This document shows positions 51,184-63,984 of a stretch of 64,000 nt of DNA, one piece after another. The notes beneath the pieces are model-generated. The model saw only the letters and a list, made by a program, of their open reading frames with translations. It was not told the DNA's origin and searched no databases. A program made the position numbers and the translations under genes. The stretch covers positions 35,528,001 to 35,592,000 of the forward strand of contig NC_087437.1 in NCBI RefSeq assembly GCF_036321535.1, given 5' to 3'. The first letter of the stretch is position 1. Every line of letters starts with the position of its first letter. The stretch is from Camelus dromedarius (lineage: Eukaryota).

Positions 51184-51529
51184 TGTAAGCTGGTTCTGGC
51201 ACTAACTACTTGGAGTTGGTGCAGACCTCACACGTTGAGGTCACTGTCCTCCACTAAACTCACATCACATCAGACACCAGCAGCAAACTCCAGGATTCTT
51301 AGGCTACAAATTCAGGGGTTCCCACTAGCCCCCTGGTTGTGATAGTTTGCTAGAATGACTCGTAGAACTCAGGAGAGGGCTATACTTAAAATTACCTTTT
51401 TTAAAAAAAAGGATAAAATCAGGACAGCCAAATGAAGAGATAGAGTGAGATCTCAGGGAATCCCAAATGTGAAATTTCTATGCAAAGCCAGGAACTCAGG
51501 ATGAAGCCCAGACAAATTATTATACAACA
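51184..51529 (-). mobile_element. MER21-like LTR, internally deleted
   Basis: ttctggcactaactacttggagtt...cagacaccagc...ggctacaaattcaggggttccca...gctagaatgactcgtagaactcagga...gccaaatgaagaga...attatacaaca; flanks ttaccc/ttacct. Confidence 0.75.
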
Positions 51530-53689
51530 TTACCTAACATTTTTTCTGGATGTATATTTTTTAAAGAAATGATCCTTTTTATTAAAGGAAACTTCCCAGG
51601 CACCCATATGCTGTGTGTCTTCTCCTTAAAACTTTCTTCTAAGTAATAAATGACATACAAACAATAACAAAAACAATCAAAAGTAGAAAATTTTTTCTCA
51701 AATAGTTCTGTCTGATTTCCCCTCCAAACCTGGATTGTGTTTTTCTCCTTCCTATTTTTTGGTTACTTTGCATCCAATAGGAACTTGTTTTTGGTGAGCG
51801 AGCTGAGGTTCTGAGCCTGTCTGCTGCAGGCTGGGTTTGGATTGCTCTGCTTGGCCTCATGGGATGTTGTGGTGAGGGTAAGAATGGGTATGGGAGGAGT
51901 CAAGGCACAGGCAGCTGAAACATCTGTTGGCTGGTAGTGATCTCTTGTTTAAATTATTGGCTATATGTTGATGTTTTAAGGAATTTAGAATAGTGATTGA
52001 TTGTTGGGGCAAGGAAATAACTAGCGGGAACTTTTTTATTGTCATGATTTTTCTGAAAATATTTTAAAAAGAGAATTACATCTGTGGTCTGTGGAAGGGA
52101 ACTTTTACAAAGTGTATCTGATACTAAGCATTATTACTCAATGTCTAATAGTAACCTTCTACTTATTACATCAAACCTGTATCAACTGAAAACCTGTATC
52201 AATGTCTTGCCATCTTTGTTTTCTGATTTACATGAAAATACCTTCAACCTAAATGCACCTTGGAGCACACACAAAATAAACAACACATTATTTATAAATC
52301 ACCTACTATGAACACACATTGTGCCAAGTACTGTGGAGATAAAAAGAGATAAACAGATAGTAAAGAGAAGAATGTTGGTATATAATGAGAGAAGAAAACT
52401 AATACAATGTGTAGGAAAGAACAAAGATACAGAGGGAAAAAAATTGAGTGCAGGCTATTTGTGAAACTAGTGATCTCAGGATTTCAAATAAGAGCACTGA
52501 AGTTTTGGTGTATAATATTTACCAATTCTATCCTATTAGTAGGTTCAGTGACAGCAAATTTGCCTGGGCCAGGAGTCCACAGAGCCTTCTGGAGGAAGAG
52601 AGAATGATATACTTGATAGCAGAGTGCTTGACCATAAATAGCTGGCCTTGTGTCAGTTTCTGTACATATGTGGTAGTCTACACATACATATTGTATTTAA
52701 TTTTATTTTCATAAGACATTGGATAACATGCTGAGTTTCAATTGGAGTATGCAGAAAATGCATATACAGGTAAGAAATATATCCTATTTTAAAAAGTAAT
52801 CTTTCTTCTTAAGAAAGAGTAGACTATTTTAAAAAACTAAGTAAACACATTTTTCTTTTACAAAAAATTACTATTTCAATGTTTCTTTCAAGGAAAGTAT
52901 GGTCTATGAGATTTTTTGCTCCAGAATGGTATTATCTCACTTATTGCTCTAATAGCAACCTTGAGTGAAAGTATAATTTCTAGTGGAATATTCAAATAAA
53001 AAGCTCAACTGAAGGGTAATGGTAATTTGATTTTTATTGAAAAGTAGTTAACATTGATATTTTATGGTAAATGGGTAATTGGGAAATTAAATGAACTGAG
53101 GCAGTTATGTTTGTTTTTGAACCTGAGGAAACAAGACGTATTCACTTTCTTAATATGGTCTACAATAAAATTAATGCTTCTTCAAAACTCAATTTCCCCT
53201 TTGATTTATTCCCTGACACCCTCTCAAATTGTTAAAAGAGCAGCAGTCATTGTCTTAACTAGAGATAAATAAATCTGTTGTACCACTTCCTTCAAATCAC
53301 CTGTCAGAGTTCTTTATTAAAACAGAGAAGAAACACATTTGAATTAAATGAAGAATTGCCTCCTTCAACCCAATTTAAGAATCCTTTGTCAAATTAGACT
53401 CTTTTTGACCATTCTTCATTGCTGTATTTTCTTTCTTTGGTGAACTCCTGCTTTGAGGATAGTTCAGTTTTATTTGTTGTGAGAAAGATGAGGAATATAA
53501 AATTCTGGTCCCTGTTCACAGTGAGTTTATTCTTATTCCCTTGGAATGGTCCCTAACCAAGTATATCTCTGTATGTATCCCTTTAAGTTCTTATCCTTTA
53601 CTTCCTAAAAGACCTTCTCCCCTACTGCTTTGTAGCTAGACCCTATTATTTTGCATATATCTTTATTTGGGATTGTCTCCTTTTACCAT

Positions 53690-54660
53690 TCTCAAATTTT
53701 TCAACTCCACTTTACTCTTTATCAGGGCATCAGTTCCCCTAGATGCCAACAATTCCTGACTGCCAGTCTCCAAATCAGTCTTCTTCTTTGAACTCTAAAA
53801 CTCAGTTGTAAATTACCTATTTGTTGGCTCCACTTCCCTCTCAGAGACACCCCACATCCAATACACATCCAGTGCTGAGTCCCCAACAATCTTGCTTGAG
53901 CAATCCGAGTTTCAGTAAATAGTACCACAGTGTCAAGCCACAGATCTTTTACCTCCTAAATATCTCTCCAGTTTTTCCATTTCTCTCTTTTTACAAGCAC
54001 CACCCTATTCTAAACTAGAATTGATTGTCCAGTGGACTACTTTATGAATGTGTTGTGCTTGCTCAGCATTTTGCCCATTTTAACTTTTTCTGCCCTCTAA
54101 TTTATTCTCCGTTGTATAGTCTGTGTGATCACTTTTGTCCTCAGGTGGCTCAAACACTTCCATTTCTTCCAATGGCTCTTTCTTGATCTTTACCAAAATA
54201 CTTAACATAGTCTGTCCAGAAGGCCTCTGTGGTTGGGTTGTTGCCTACCTCTCCTACCTCATTCAATATTTGTCCCCGTTAATACTGCCATTCTGACTTT
54301 TTTTCTGTTCCTGAAATAGTCCAGTTGTACTTCCTCCTCAGAGCTGTTTCAAGATTTGTCAAGGGAATTCTTTCTGACCCCTTCTTTCCCTAGCTAAGCT
54401 ACTCATCCTTCAGATCACAGCTGAAATGTTGCTTTTTCATATTCCTGAAAAGCAAGTCACCATCCCCTTCCGTATGCTCTCATGGTCCCTTGTAATCTCC
54501 CTCCAGAGCACTTACCCAGCTACCTCTTGCATACTGCCTATGTGATGTGTGTGCCTTGTTTCTGTCTCTGGTACTAGATATGAGACTCCTTGGAGCAAGG
54601 AGTGTCTGATTGACTCATTATTTTATCCATAATTATTCATGAATATTTGTTGGATGTAGG
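53690..54660 (+). mobile_element. L2 LINE fragment
   Basis: ctcccacttc-like tracts, ttttacctcctaaatatctctc, tgcctacctctcc, tactcatccttcagatc, gagactccttggagcaagga, aatatttgttggatg. Confidence 0.7.
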
Positions 54661-55491
54661 AAAAAAATCCCTTCTAACTCAGAGTTTTTATTGTTCTGTT
54701 ATCAGTTTTTTCCCCCAGTGGTTCAGTACACACTGGACTTTTGGGCAGTTGCTTTTCTTCCTTTCCTCTTACCTTTTGATGAGATATTCATGCAGCATAA
54801 TATTTAGATAGGGTTAGAGACCATATAGAGTTTTTGGTTTGTTTTAAATTGATTAGTAGTCTCATACTATGGATTTGTTGTACCATAATGTAACCATTTT
54901 AGCATTTATGCCATCTACAAAGGATCTCAAAGTCACCAAAGAGCAATATTATTATACTGACTGTATGACATCTTTACTGTTTATCAACTCAGTATTCTGT
55001 GCCCCTTTGAAAGAAATTTTATGGATGGGTATCATCATTCCATGTTTTGCAGAGAGGCCAAAACCAACATGGGTGAGATGGCTGATAAGGATCTAGCCAA
55101 TAAACAGAAGATGGAGGTCCGTGTGTATGTGTCTGTGGTTCATGCCGTGAATGATGAGGATGCCCTGAGGAGATATTGAAGAAAATGGGATAGAGGCTCT
55201 GGGTACCATCTACCACTCTAGGATAGTTCTAGGCAAAATAAGCCAAAAAAGTAGATAATAACTGCTTATACAGAGGGATCTGGAGTGGATAGAAGGGCAT
55301 CCTGCTCCCAAGAATCATTAAAAAATACAGGTAAAGTAGAATCTAAAACTTCACTATTAGTGATTTATTTAGGTGGTTATAATGTTAAGAATACCTTTGG
55401 GAAGACAGTGCACACTTATCCTCTTGATGTATATTTGTCCATAATTGTCCCCATTTACAGGAAAGATTGCATAAGAAGATCTTGAAAGGAT

Positions 55492-55523
55492 GGGGAGAAG
55501 GGGGAGGGGGAGGGAGGGAGGGA
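55492..55523 (+). other. G-quadruplex-forming purine tract
   Basis: ggggagaagggggagggggagggagggagg: five runs of 3 or more G with 1-4 nt loops. Confidence 0.6.
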
Positions 55524-56716
55524 GAGAGAGCAGGAAAGACAGTTGGAAAGTCCTAGAAAGGCAGGTCGAGTGCCCTGGGAAAGTTTTGCTGAATTTGCCA
55601 AGAAAAGATTTTGCCTTAAGGCGGTTTCCTTCCTTCCTTCTCTCCACACTCTGGGTTTGTGTAGCCCCCAAACTGAGCCTAGACTGCTTACAAAAAATAT
55701 AGCAGAACTCTTCTAGGGTTCAGGCTCTTACTGACCTGAACTTTAGCACAGGTTGGAGCCACAAATGTACAGAGTTACACACCCAAAGACCAAGTTAAAA
55801 AAAAATGGATGTCCATAAGCAAAAAAATAACCAAGGACATTCCTATTAAAAAAAAAAACAAAAAAAGAAAAGAGGGGAAGGGAGAGAGGGGGAGGAAATA
55901 CTGACTTCGGTTAAGAATCCATTTGTGAGTGCTTTAAATAATTCCATCTTTTAGCTTAAGGTATTCCACCCCCTCATGATTGCTTCTGGGGACTAGCAAA
56001 AAGATCTAGGAGCAATTCAATCCAATTAGAAGGGAAAAGAGAAATTTTCTCTGCAATTGCTATGCAAATGTGTGTGTCAGGAAACAGAAAAGGTGACACC
56101 ACGCAGCACAGTTAGTTGTTGACAACAGAATGTCTCTTTATTTCCCAAGTTCCCAAGCCTTTAAAAAGAAGCCTTCACCCAATAGAAAGGTGTCCTAGGT
56201 AGTCCTGCCAAGGTCAGTGCCAGCTTTCATCATCTCCTGCAGAAGTGCAGGCTGGGCCGGGTAAAACCTGGCCCTGGAGGCCACTCCCCTCCCCTTCACA
56301 TTGTGTTCAATTGTCATATTCATGTTTTCAGTAATAGGAATTGCTGATGTGTGGCACTTTTGGAAACTCTTGGTATTGTGGGCTTATAGAACATTTCAGT
56401 GGGTAATAATGTCAGACAGTGGTAATTAATCTTGGAGGAAAAATCTCTTTCTGAATTGGAGCATCGCTTAAAGGTATGACAAGTTGGCATCTACTCATTA
56501 AAATTGATACATAGGCTTCTACCTCTTACCTATAGTTAAAAAAGTAACCATGTCAGAAAGGCCTTTGCAATTGGATTTGGAATGTTATTTAACATGTACC
56601 GTGAGTGGCCCTATCGAAACTTTTTCTCAGCTCTGTGCGTGACAAGGAGGGGTGGGGAGGGAGGAGGAGGAAGACAGGGAGGCAGACCATGGTGCTCAGA
56701 AGGTTAAAGATTGGTG

Positions 56717-57356
56717 TAAGACAGGGAAAAAGGGAGCAAAAGGATGGCTATGTCCCAGGTTCCAGGTGAGTCCCTGGACGCACTCCATCAAGTGAGGGTC
56801 CTTGGATTCAAGTAGGAAAGAATTCAAAAGCGAGCCACAGTTGAAAAAGGTAGATTTATTCAGAGACATGCACATTCCATAGACAGATTGCAGGCCATCT
56901 CAGAAGGCCAGAGAAGCCACGAAGCGTGGGGGTGGGTGATTAAAGCAAAAGTAGATTTATGTACTCATAGACAAGAGTGTGGGCTATCTCAAAAGGCAAG
57001 AGAAAAGGCCACGAGATGCTGGGTTGTTAGTTTTTATGGGCTTGGTTATTTCATATGCTAACAAGTGGGAGGATTATTCCAACTACTTGGGGAAGGGACT
57101 GAGATTCCCAGAAATTAGGGCACTGCCCACTTTTTAACTTTTACATTAGATTTGGAACTGTCATGGTGCCTGTAGGTGTGTCATTCACTGTGCTAGTGCA
57201 TTACACTGTATATAATGACGCTCAAGGTTCACTGGCGGTCCACTCTCCTGCCATCTGGGGTCTCCAGGTCTCTTGGGAGTTGACTTTTCAGCCGTCTTGG
57301 TGCTAATTGCTGTCACTCCTTTAATGGCTGTGTCCTGCCCCTTCCTTCCAGTCTCA
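56717..57356 (-). mobile_element. MER41-like ERV1 solo LTR inserted in a MIR
   Basis: Termini taagacaggg/ccagtctca. ggaaagaattcaaaagcgagcc, ttcatatgctaacaagtgggaggattattc, aactgtcatgg and gccatct resemble the MER41-type LTR. An internal ~90-bp imperfect duplication lies at 56846-56930/56947-57023. MIR halves gctcagaaggttaa (left) and ttgctgaggacacaaagct (right). Confidence 0.75.
57105..57113. promoter_or_regulatory. STAT GAS motif TTCCCAGAA within the MER41-like LTR
   Basis: Exact TTCNNNGAA match; degenerate partner cttggggaa at 57086-57094. Function untested. Confidence 0.4.
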
Positions 57357-58992
57357 TCACTCTAGAGCAAAACTCTCACTTTGCTGAGGACACAAAGCTC
57401 AGGTTGGTTAGGGGACTGATCCACAATCTTTCAGCTATTTATTAGCAGACAGGAGTCCTTGTATTTTAATTCTGGTCAGCCCCAGGGCAACGTTATCATT
57501 TCAGTCCTGATCTCCACCTTTAAAACCAGTCTCTCAGAAATAAGCAAGAAAATTCTTGGGCATCCATGAAGACAATGGAACAATGAGCACAGCAGAGGAG
57601 CTGTATTTGTCTGAGCACAAGAAATAGACTGAAGCCACCCTGGGAAAGTTCTAGGGTTGGAACTCAGAGTCAAGTAGGAGACGTAGGTAGAGACATGCAA
57701 AAAATAAAGAAAAATAGAGTGCTGTGAGGTGGAGAATATCTTTCAGGTTTTGGCTATTGAAAAATAGCTGCTAACAGTGGAGATTGAAGGTAGTCATAAA
57801 TTAAAATAAAAAAAGGATACACTCTTTCAATGTATAATCTGCTTGGTGGAATTTTTATGAAGTTCTAATCATTCTGATATTTTCAGTGTCGGTGTGAAAC
57901 CAAAGGTATAGTTACTTTAATATCCTTTTCTTCTCTATATAAAATGTGGTTATAAAATCACAGTGGCAGTGAGGCTGTTACTTATTTGATGGAGATTACA
58001 TGCATAAGTTACTTTCCTCAGCCTTGTTCCACTCAGCCTTGCATGCACGTTTACAAAATGTATTTATGGAATACACTGTATAGCTTTTGGTTTATCAGAT
58101 AGATACATTTTCTATTCTACAGATATGTTCTGAATCTGGGCACAAAAATGATTGACTCAGTCACCTCTTTCTGATTCTTAGTTATCCTGTGAAATTTTTG
58201 TGAAACTTCTGGCAACTGAAACTTCAAACCTTTGAGTTAAATAAATGTAGAAGGAAAGACAGTTTTACAGAATTCTGTAGCTGACAATTCTGTGGCAGTG
58301 GAATCAATCCTGGGATTTGAGCCGAAAATTTCCTTACAGCCAAGCCAGGATACATAAGCAGTTCAACTGAGCAGTGAGCAGAAAGGGAAAATGCTAGTGG
58401 TGGGAGTTTGTTTTTTACCAAATGCAGGTGATTTCAGTCTGTGCTTTTTAGTCAGCATCTAGGGTTTAAACACCATCCAAAAAAAAAAAAATCAATCTGT
58501 ATAGACAAAACGTCTACTTTGATGCAATTATTGCAATTATCACAGAGCTGACATTTGATGAAATTCAAATCTAGAGTAAACAAGAATAATTTGACAGAAT
58601 TTTAAAAGTTGATTATATTTATAAATCTAAATCATTTCATTATTGGAGCCTTTTTAATATTAAGCCACAGCTTTTATACAGGATGGTCCACAGATGAAAG
58701 CATCAGCATTTGGAATTAATTTGAAATTATTTGCCATTCCGAAAAGAATAGAAATCTCATTTATCGTTATTAGCTTTTTACTCCTCTATACCTATGCTGA
58801 AAGGAAATAAAAAACAGCCCCTTAACACTTTTTAAAGTTTATATAAATATGTTTTATTATACAACACATCTATTTATATTTTAAAGTAGTTTTTTAATTG
58901 AGACTGTAATACATGTACAATTTAAATAATTTCAGCTCCAGTTAAGATAATACCCGAGAACAAGTTATTCAAACAAGGGGTTATCTTTGGTA

Positions 58993-59145
58993 GAGCAGCG
59001 ATTCTCATACTCTGATATGTCTGAATCAGCTGGAATCTTATCAATAACTTGGTGTTCCAGAGTGAGTAGGTCGATGAGGGGCCTGAGCATCTGCATTTCT
59101 AACAAGCTATCAAGTGATCTGCTGAAGCTGGTGGACACACGCTTG
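58993..59145. mobile_element. MER5A-like MITE
   Basis: cagcgattctca...gaatcagctgga...agtaggtc...ggggcctgagcatctgcatttctaacaagc...gtgat. Confidence 0.7.
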
Positions 59146-59149
59146 TCAT

Positions 59150-59545
59150 CTTAGATAATAAGAGGTTAGGAGGTTCTGGCTTTGATTTCCTGGTTCCACA
59201 GCATCAGGATCAAAATCTCTGGGGTTCTTTCGTCCTTTCTGGATGCTGTAATATGTGTGCTCCAGCCAACAGTTATGCCTTTATGACAAAAAGAGAGGAG
59301 AAGGGGAAAAGGCAATGCCATGCAGCCTATTTGTTGAAGGTTTTCTTAAATAAGTAAATTACATGTTCCCCCTAATTTCAGGGGAGCTGGGAAACCAGGG
59401 AACATAATTGTCATGACTAGTGTGCATTTGAAATCCATCCCTTTGGGAAGGACATTGCTATCCTGAACAAAATTAAGTTTCTCTGGGCAGGAAGGCCACA
59501 ATGCCACATGATAAGGAAAGAAAAAGGCTCCAATAGTGTAAAAGA
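59150..59545 (-). mobile_element. Old MLT1-type LTR, degenerate
   Basis: catcaggatc...ttctttcgtcctttctg...gctccagcca...attgtcatgactagt...gaacaaaattaagtttctct...ataaggaaagaa. Confidence 0.45.
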
Positions 59546-60650
59546 TATGCAAGGAAGACTCTTTTCTATCCTCAGTGCTTGCTCTTTTTCTCCAGAAGTA
59601 GCCACCGACTGTTTCTTGGCATGTATCTCTAAAAATTGTTTGTGTACCTACAAATAGACGTGTGTATTACTTTAAAACTCAACAGACTTCAAGATAACAT
59701 TTAACAAATAATGCAAAGCCAGATTTTTCCCCCTTAATAAAGTTAGCTTTGCCTTTTTAAAAATAGGGCATCTGTTGATATTTTAGGGAGTCAACACAAT
59801 CTTTATTCAAAGGTCCAGCTTACCCTTCTTGTATTTTGTGTTTTGACCCATATCCAGTGGATTTCTGCCTTCCACAAATGAGTGTGGTTGATTTTTGCTT
59901 TTTCTCCACACACAACTTCTGCCCCACGTGATAGCTTTTGACTTGTGCCCTGTTAACATTTTAGCAGATGGAGAAAGTTGATGAGAGAGCGAAAGGATAG
60001 AGTGACTCTTGGCCAAGTGACTTTGCTTCCTCTTAGTTGAGCAGATGGTTAAGGATGACACTTGGGGCACTTCCATGCATTCCCACTGCTGCCCCGCAGG
60101 TCACTTTCCTGCAGTTCTCAACTTGGGCAGATGCTTTATTCCAGGCAGTTGCTTGCAACATCTTTTTCTGGAATACAGTGTTCATTTCCTCTTGTGCGTA
60201 CTTGCCCCTGTGGTCTCACCATCCCCCTAGGTTTCTCTGTAGGATCGCATTCAAGATCATGTCATACTGGCCCTCTTCCTTGTAGTTAACCTTCATCCTA
60301 GGAAACATCCATATAGCCCTTGCTCTTAGAAGCTTGGGAGTCAGGGCAAACTATACGTTCACTTCTGTTCTGGATTAGGTGACATTTATCAAATTTGAAT
60401 TAGGGACAAATCCTCCACGACACCAACTACAAACTCTCCAAGTGTTCCCAGAAGCCTACTTTCCCCAGGTTTGCAGTGCGATGGAAAATACTCCATATTC
60501 CACATCAAAGGAGGTGGTGGGAACCTATGTGGCAGTATTCTCTCCCATAGAAATCTGGGGCAACTTCAATCTCAGAAGTCTTTGACCACTTTTCATGTCT
60601 AATCTGGCTGAGGGTGCAAGAGTCACAAAAATAGTTCTTGACTGTTTCTA

Positions 60651-60977
60651 TTTTTTTTGTCCTTTTTTTTTATTTTATTGAAATATAGGCAATTTACAAT
60701 GTATCAATTTCTGGTGTACAACATAATGTTTCAGTCATACATGAACATACATATATTCATTTCCATATTCTTTTTCATTATAGGTTACTATAAGATAATG
60801 AATATAGTTCCCTGTGCTTTACAGTATGAACTTGTTTTTTTAATCTATTTTATATATAGTAGTTAGTGTCTGCAAATCTCGGACTCCCAATTTATCCCTT
60901 CCCACCCCCTTCCCGGTAATCATGTTTGTTCTATGTGTGTCTGTGAGTCTGTTTCTGTTTTGTAAATAAGTTTATTT
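60651..60977 (-). mobile_element. Young L1 3' end with a TSD
   Basis: Poly(T) followed by ttattgaaatatag...aatatagttccctgtgct...ctgcaaatctcggactcccaatttatccc. TSD ctgtttctatt (60642-60652) vs ctgttcccatt (60978-60988). Confidence 0.92.
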
Positions 60978-60999
60978 CTGTTCCCATTCTAAATGTTGC

Positions 61000-62790
61000 A
61001 CGTGGGAATGCCTCTCATGTTTTAGCGTCTATTGTATTGGTGTCTCAATTTGTAGTCTCCTTTACATGATTCAGAGTGTTCCTCTCCTTCCGTTACTCTA
61101 CATTCCTTTTCATAGATTCAGATTTCAGTTTGATATAATTTCTTTCAGTTTGAAAGGACTTCTTTTAACATTAGTTGCACTGCAGACATGCTGGTGATGA
61201 TTTCTTTTGACATTTTGTTGTCTGAAAAAGTAATTATTTCTCTTTCATTTTAGAAAAATAATTTTGACTGTGTACAGAATTCTAGGATGATAGACCTTTT
61301 TCTTCTCTACTTTATAGATACTTCTCCACTGTATTTTGGATTGCATTGTTTCAAATGCACAACATAGGATGATTCTTTGTTCCTCTGTACAAACTGTGCT
61401 TTTAAGATTTTCTCATTGTCACTTTTTTTCCCCAGCAATTTAATTCTATTACCCTCGGATAGTTTTTCTTTGTTTCTGGTACTAGTGGTTTATTGAAACT
61501 TTTGGAGCAGTGGGTTTATAGTTTATATAAAATAAGGAAAAAAATTGGCTATTTTTTCAAATATTTGTTTCTCTTTTGTTTCTCTTCTCCTTTGAAGACA
61601 CCACTTGTGTATATACTAGACTGCCTGAAGTCATCTCACAGCTCACTGATTCTGTCCCTTTTTTTTTTTTCCAGTTTGTACTTCATTTTGCATAGTATCT
61701 ATTGCTATGTCTTTAGATTAAGTAGTTTTTCTTCTGCACTGTTTAATCTGCTGCTAACCCCACTTCATATGTTTTTCCTCTCAGATACCACAGTTTTCAT
61801 CACCAGAAGTTTGATTTGGATGTGTGTCTCTACTTCACATGCCAAATCTTCCTTCTACATTCTAAAACATATGTAATATAGTTCAAACAGCTATTTAATA
61901 ACTGGTTAAATGTTCCTATCTACAGATTCTATCCTTTGTGCAATTTCTGGGTCAGTTTTTATCAATTTTATTTTTCTCCTTGTTACAGCTTCTTTACATG
62001 CCTAGTAATTTTTGATTGGATACCCTTAGGTATCAACTGGATACCCTTACGTACCAACCAAATTTGAATTATTTTTGCTTATTGGGTGCTGGATATTTTT
62101 GTATTCCTCTAAATATTCTTGGGCTTGGTACTGGGACACCATTACATTTCTTGATCCTTTTGTGTAAGAAGTCAGATTAGTTAGGTGGGACCAGATCTGG
62201 ATTTGGTCTAGGCAAGATATTTCCCCACTAATGAGGCACCCTGTAGCCCACTCTGAGTAGTCTACCAGATATCTTTTGAATTACAAGTGTTTTTGTCACT
62301 CTGGCTGGTGGTGATACAAATTATTTCCAGCCCCATGTATAAACTTTCAGAATTATTTCTCCTAATCCATTCAAGTGGTTCTTACCCTGGCCTTAAGTAG
62401 TTCTCTCACGCTCATGGTAATCAATACTGAGGCTGGATTGGGAGCTCTGGAAATCTTTGGATTTTACTCTTTGTCCAGCTCCCTCTTTTTAAGTCCTCAG
62501 CTCTTCAAAGCCACCTTGTCCCCCCTGGGCTCCCAGCTCTGTCTCCTCAGTTAAGCAGGATAGCCAGGGCTGTCTGGTCCTCGTTCAGGTGCCATACCAG
62601 ACTTTTTCACAGAAGTAATCATAGGGCTCAGCTCGTCTCTTTCGTTACCTTAGGAATCACAGTTCTGCACTGCTTCATGTCCAGTGTCTATTCTTTTAAC
62701 TATTTAGTCTAGGTTTCTAGTTTTTTTTTTTTAGTCAGGAAGGTAACTATGATTCTTCTTACTCCATCTTGGCCAGAGACAGAGTCCATG
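61000..62790 (-). mobile_element. Ancient L1M (L1MC/MD-like) 5' UTR/ORF1 region
   Basis: tgtctgaaaaagt, cagaattctagg, aaaattggctattttttcaaatattt, ctcacagctcactgat, ttttcttctgcactgtttaatctgctg, ttccccactaatgaggca, ttactccatcttggccaga. Confidence 0.7.
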
Positions 62791-63867
62791 TCATGGATTT
62801 TCAAAATATAACAACTTAGTACATCAGCCAGGATCATCTGGCACGTGAAATCTTATTTTATGTTGGCTCTGTTGATAAGAGCCTTGTCTTTTTCTCAGGT
62901 AATGACCTTACACATTTTTATTTTTACTTCCTAGAGAAAGATAAAACACACATACACATACACCCCTAAAAAATACACAGTTGATGACACAAGTAGGTTT
63001 TCATCCTCAAAGTATGTAAGATTTAGAATTTCTTATTTCACCCTTTGGGCATAATCCCATTCTACTTTATTGGCAACACTTGGTGTTAAAAGTAAGCACT
63101 CACTTTAAATTGAAAAACTAACCGTATCTACTTTGAAGGTGCAATGGAATTGACCCCATTGATAGGTTCAGCTCAACAAGTTTAAAGGCTACCTGACAAA
63201 GAAATATTCCCTCCTGACTTAAATCTCTTTCTCAGCCTGGGTTTTTGTGTGTGTAAGAATTGAGTTAATCCTCAAAACTTTAGTTCCAGAAGAAAAGTCA
63301 GTTTTGTCTTTGGTTAAAATTTATACCTAAAATTCCCTATTCATTTTCCTCTGCCTGCTGCTTTCTTTTGTTATGTGATAATATAATAATCCTTTTTAAT
63401 TATTGCTTATGAATAGTCAGATGATTTTGATCATTATTCTTATGATTCACCTGCACATGAACGTCCTTTTAACTTTAAGCTCTTTGAAGTGTTGGGGAGG
63501 AGCTGGGGTTGGACAGACAGGAAATCGCCATGAATCTTCAGAAAGTAGAGGCATGGAGAAATGACTTTGAACATACATCTCAGTGGTGCTTGTCTACCCT
63601 TGTGCCATTACACAACAACAGCTCTCGAAAACTTGAGCTCTCTGGTCTGGCCAAATGTTGTAGTTGAGATAGTTCTCTTAACTATTTGCCTGTTGGTGAA
63701 ATATGTTGGTTGGAGGAAGTAAATCAATGTGATGGAAGATTTAAGACTATGCTCTGAATTTGTGTGGTCTGCTGAGGTCCTACAGAAATGTGTCCTTGAC
63801 TCTTGCCATGTTTCACAAGTCGAGTGTTGTTTTGCTTGTTTCTATGTTTTTTTTAAGTGAGAAGTTC

Positions 63868-63984
63868 TTATTTATTTATTTATTTGTTGAGGGGGGTGGT
63901 AATTAGGCTTATTTATTTTAATGGAGGTACTGGGGATTGAACCCAGGACCTCATGCAACTCTACTACTGACCTATACCCTCCCC
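63868..63984 (-). mobile_element. tRNA-derived camelid SINE (Vic-1 type)
   Basis: The minus strand reads ggggagggtataggtcagtagtagag (A-box)...gaggtcctgggttcaatccccagtacctcc (B-box)...attaaaataaataagcctaattacc, followed by an (aaat)n tail. Confidence 0.85.

Noticed and set aside
184..61876. The ORFs of 60-152 aa in the supplied track as genes
   Set aside because: They are low-complexity or repeat-derived with no recognisable domains, as expected by chance. Only the L1 RT, RPS6 and hAT remnants have recognisable homology, and all three are disabled.
29138..62060. Short tandem duplications of 17-21 bp (~29139-29167, ~52173-52202, ~62017-62058) as array-like elements
   Set aside because: Two units only, with no spacers; ordinary slippage duplications, not CRISPR-like or functional arrays.
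63920..63984. tRNA gene
   Set aside because: The A/B boxes belong to a tRNA-derived SINE with a non-tRNA body and (aaat)n tail; the anticodon region is shortened and there is no full cloverleaf.
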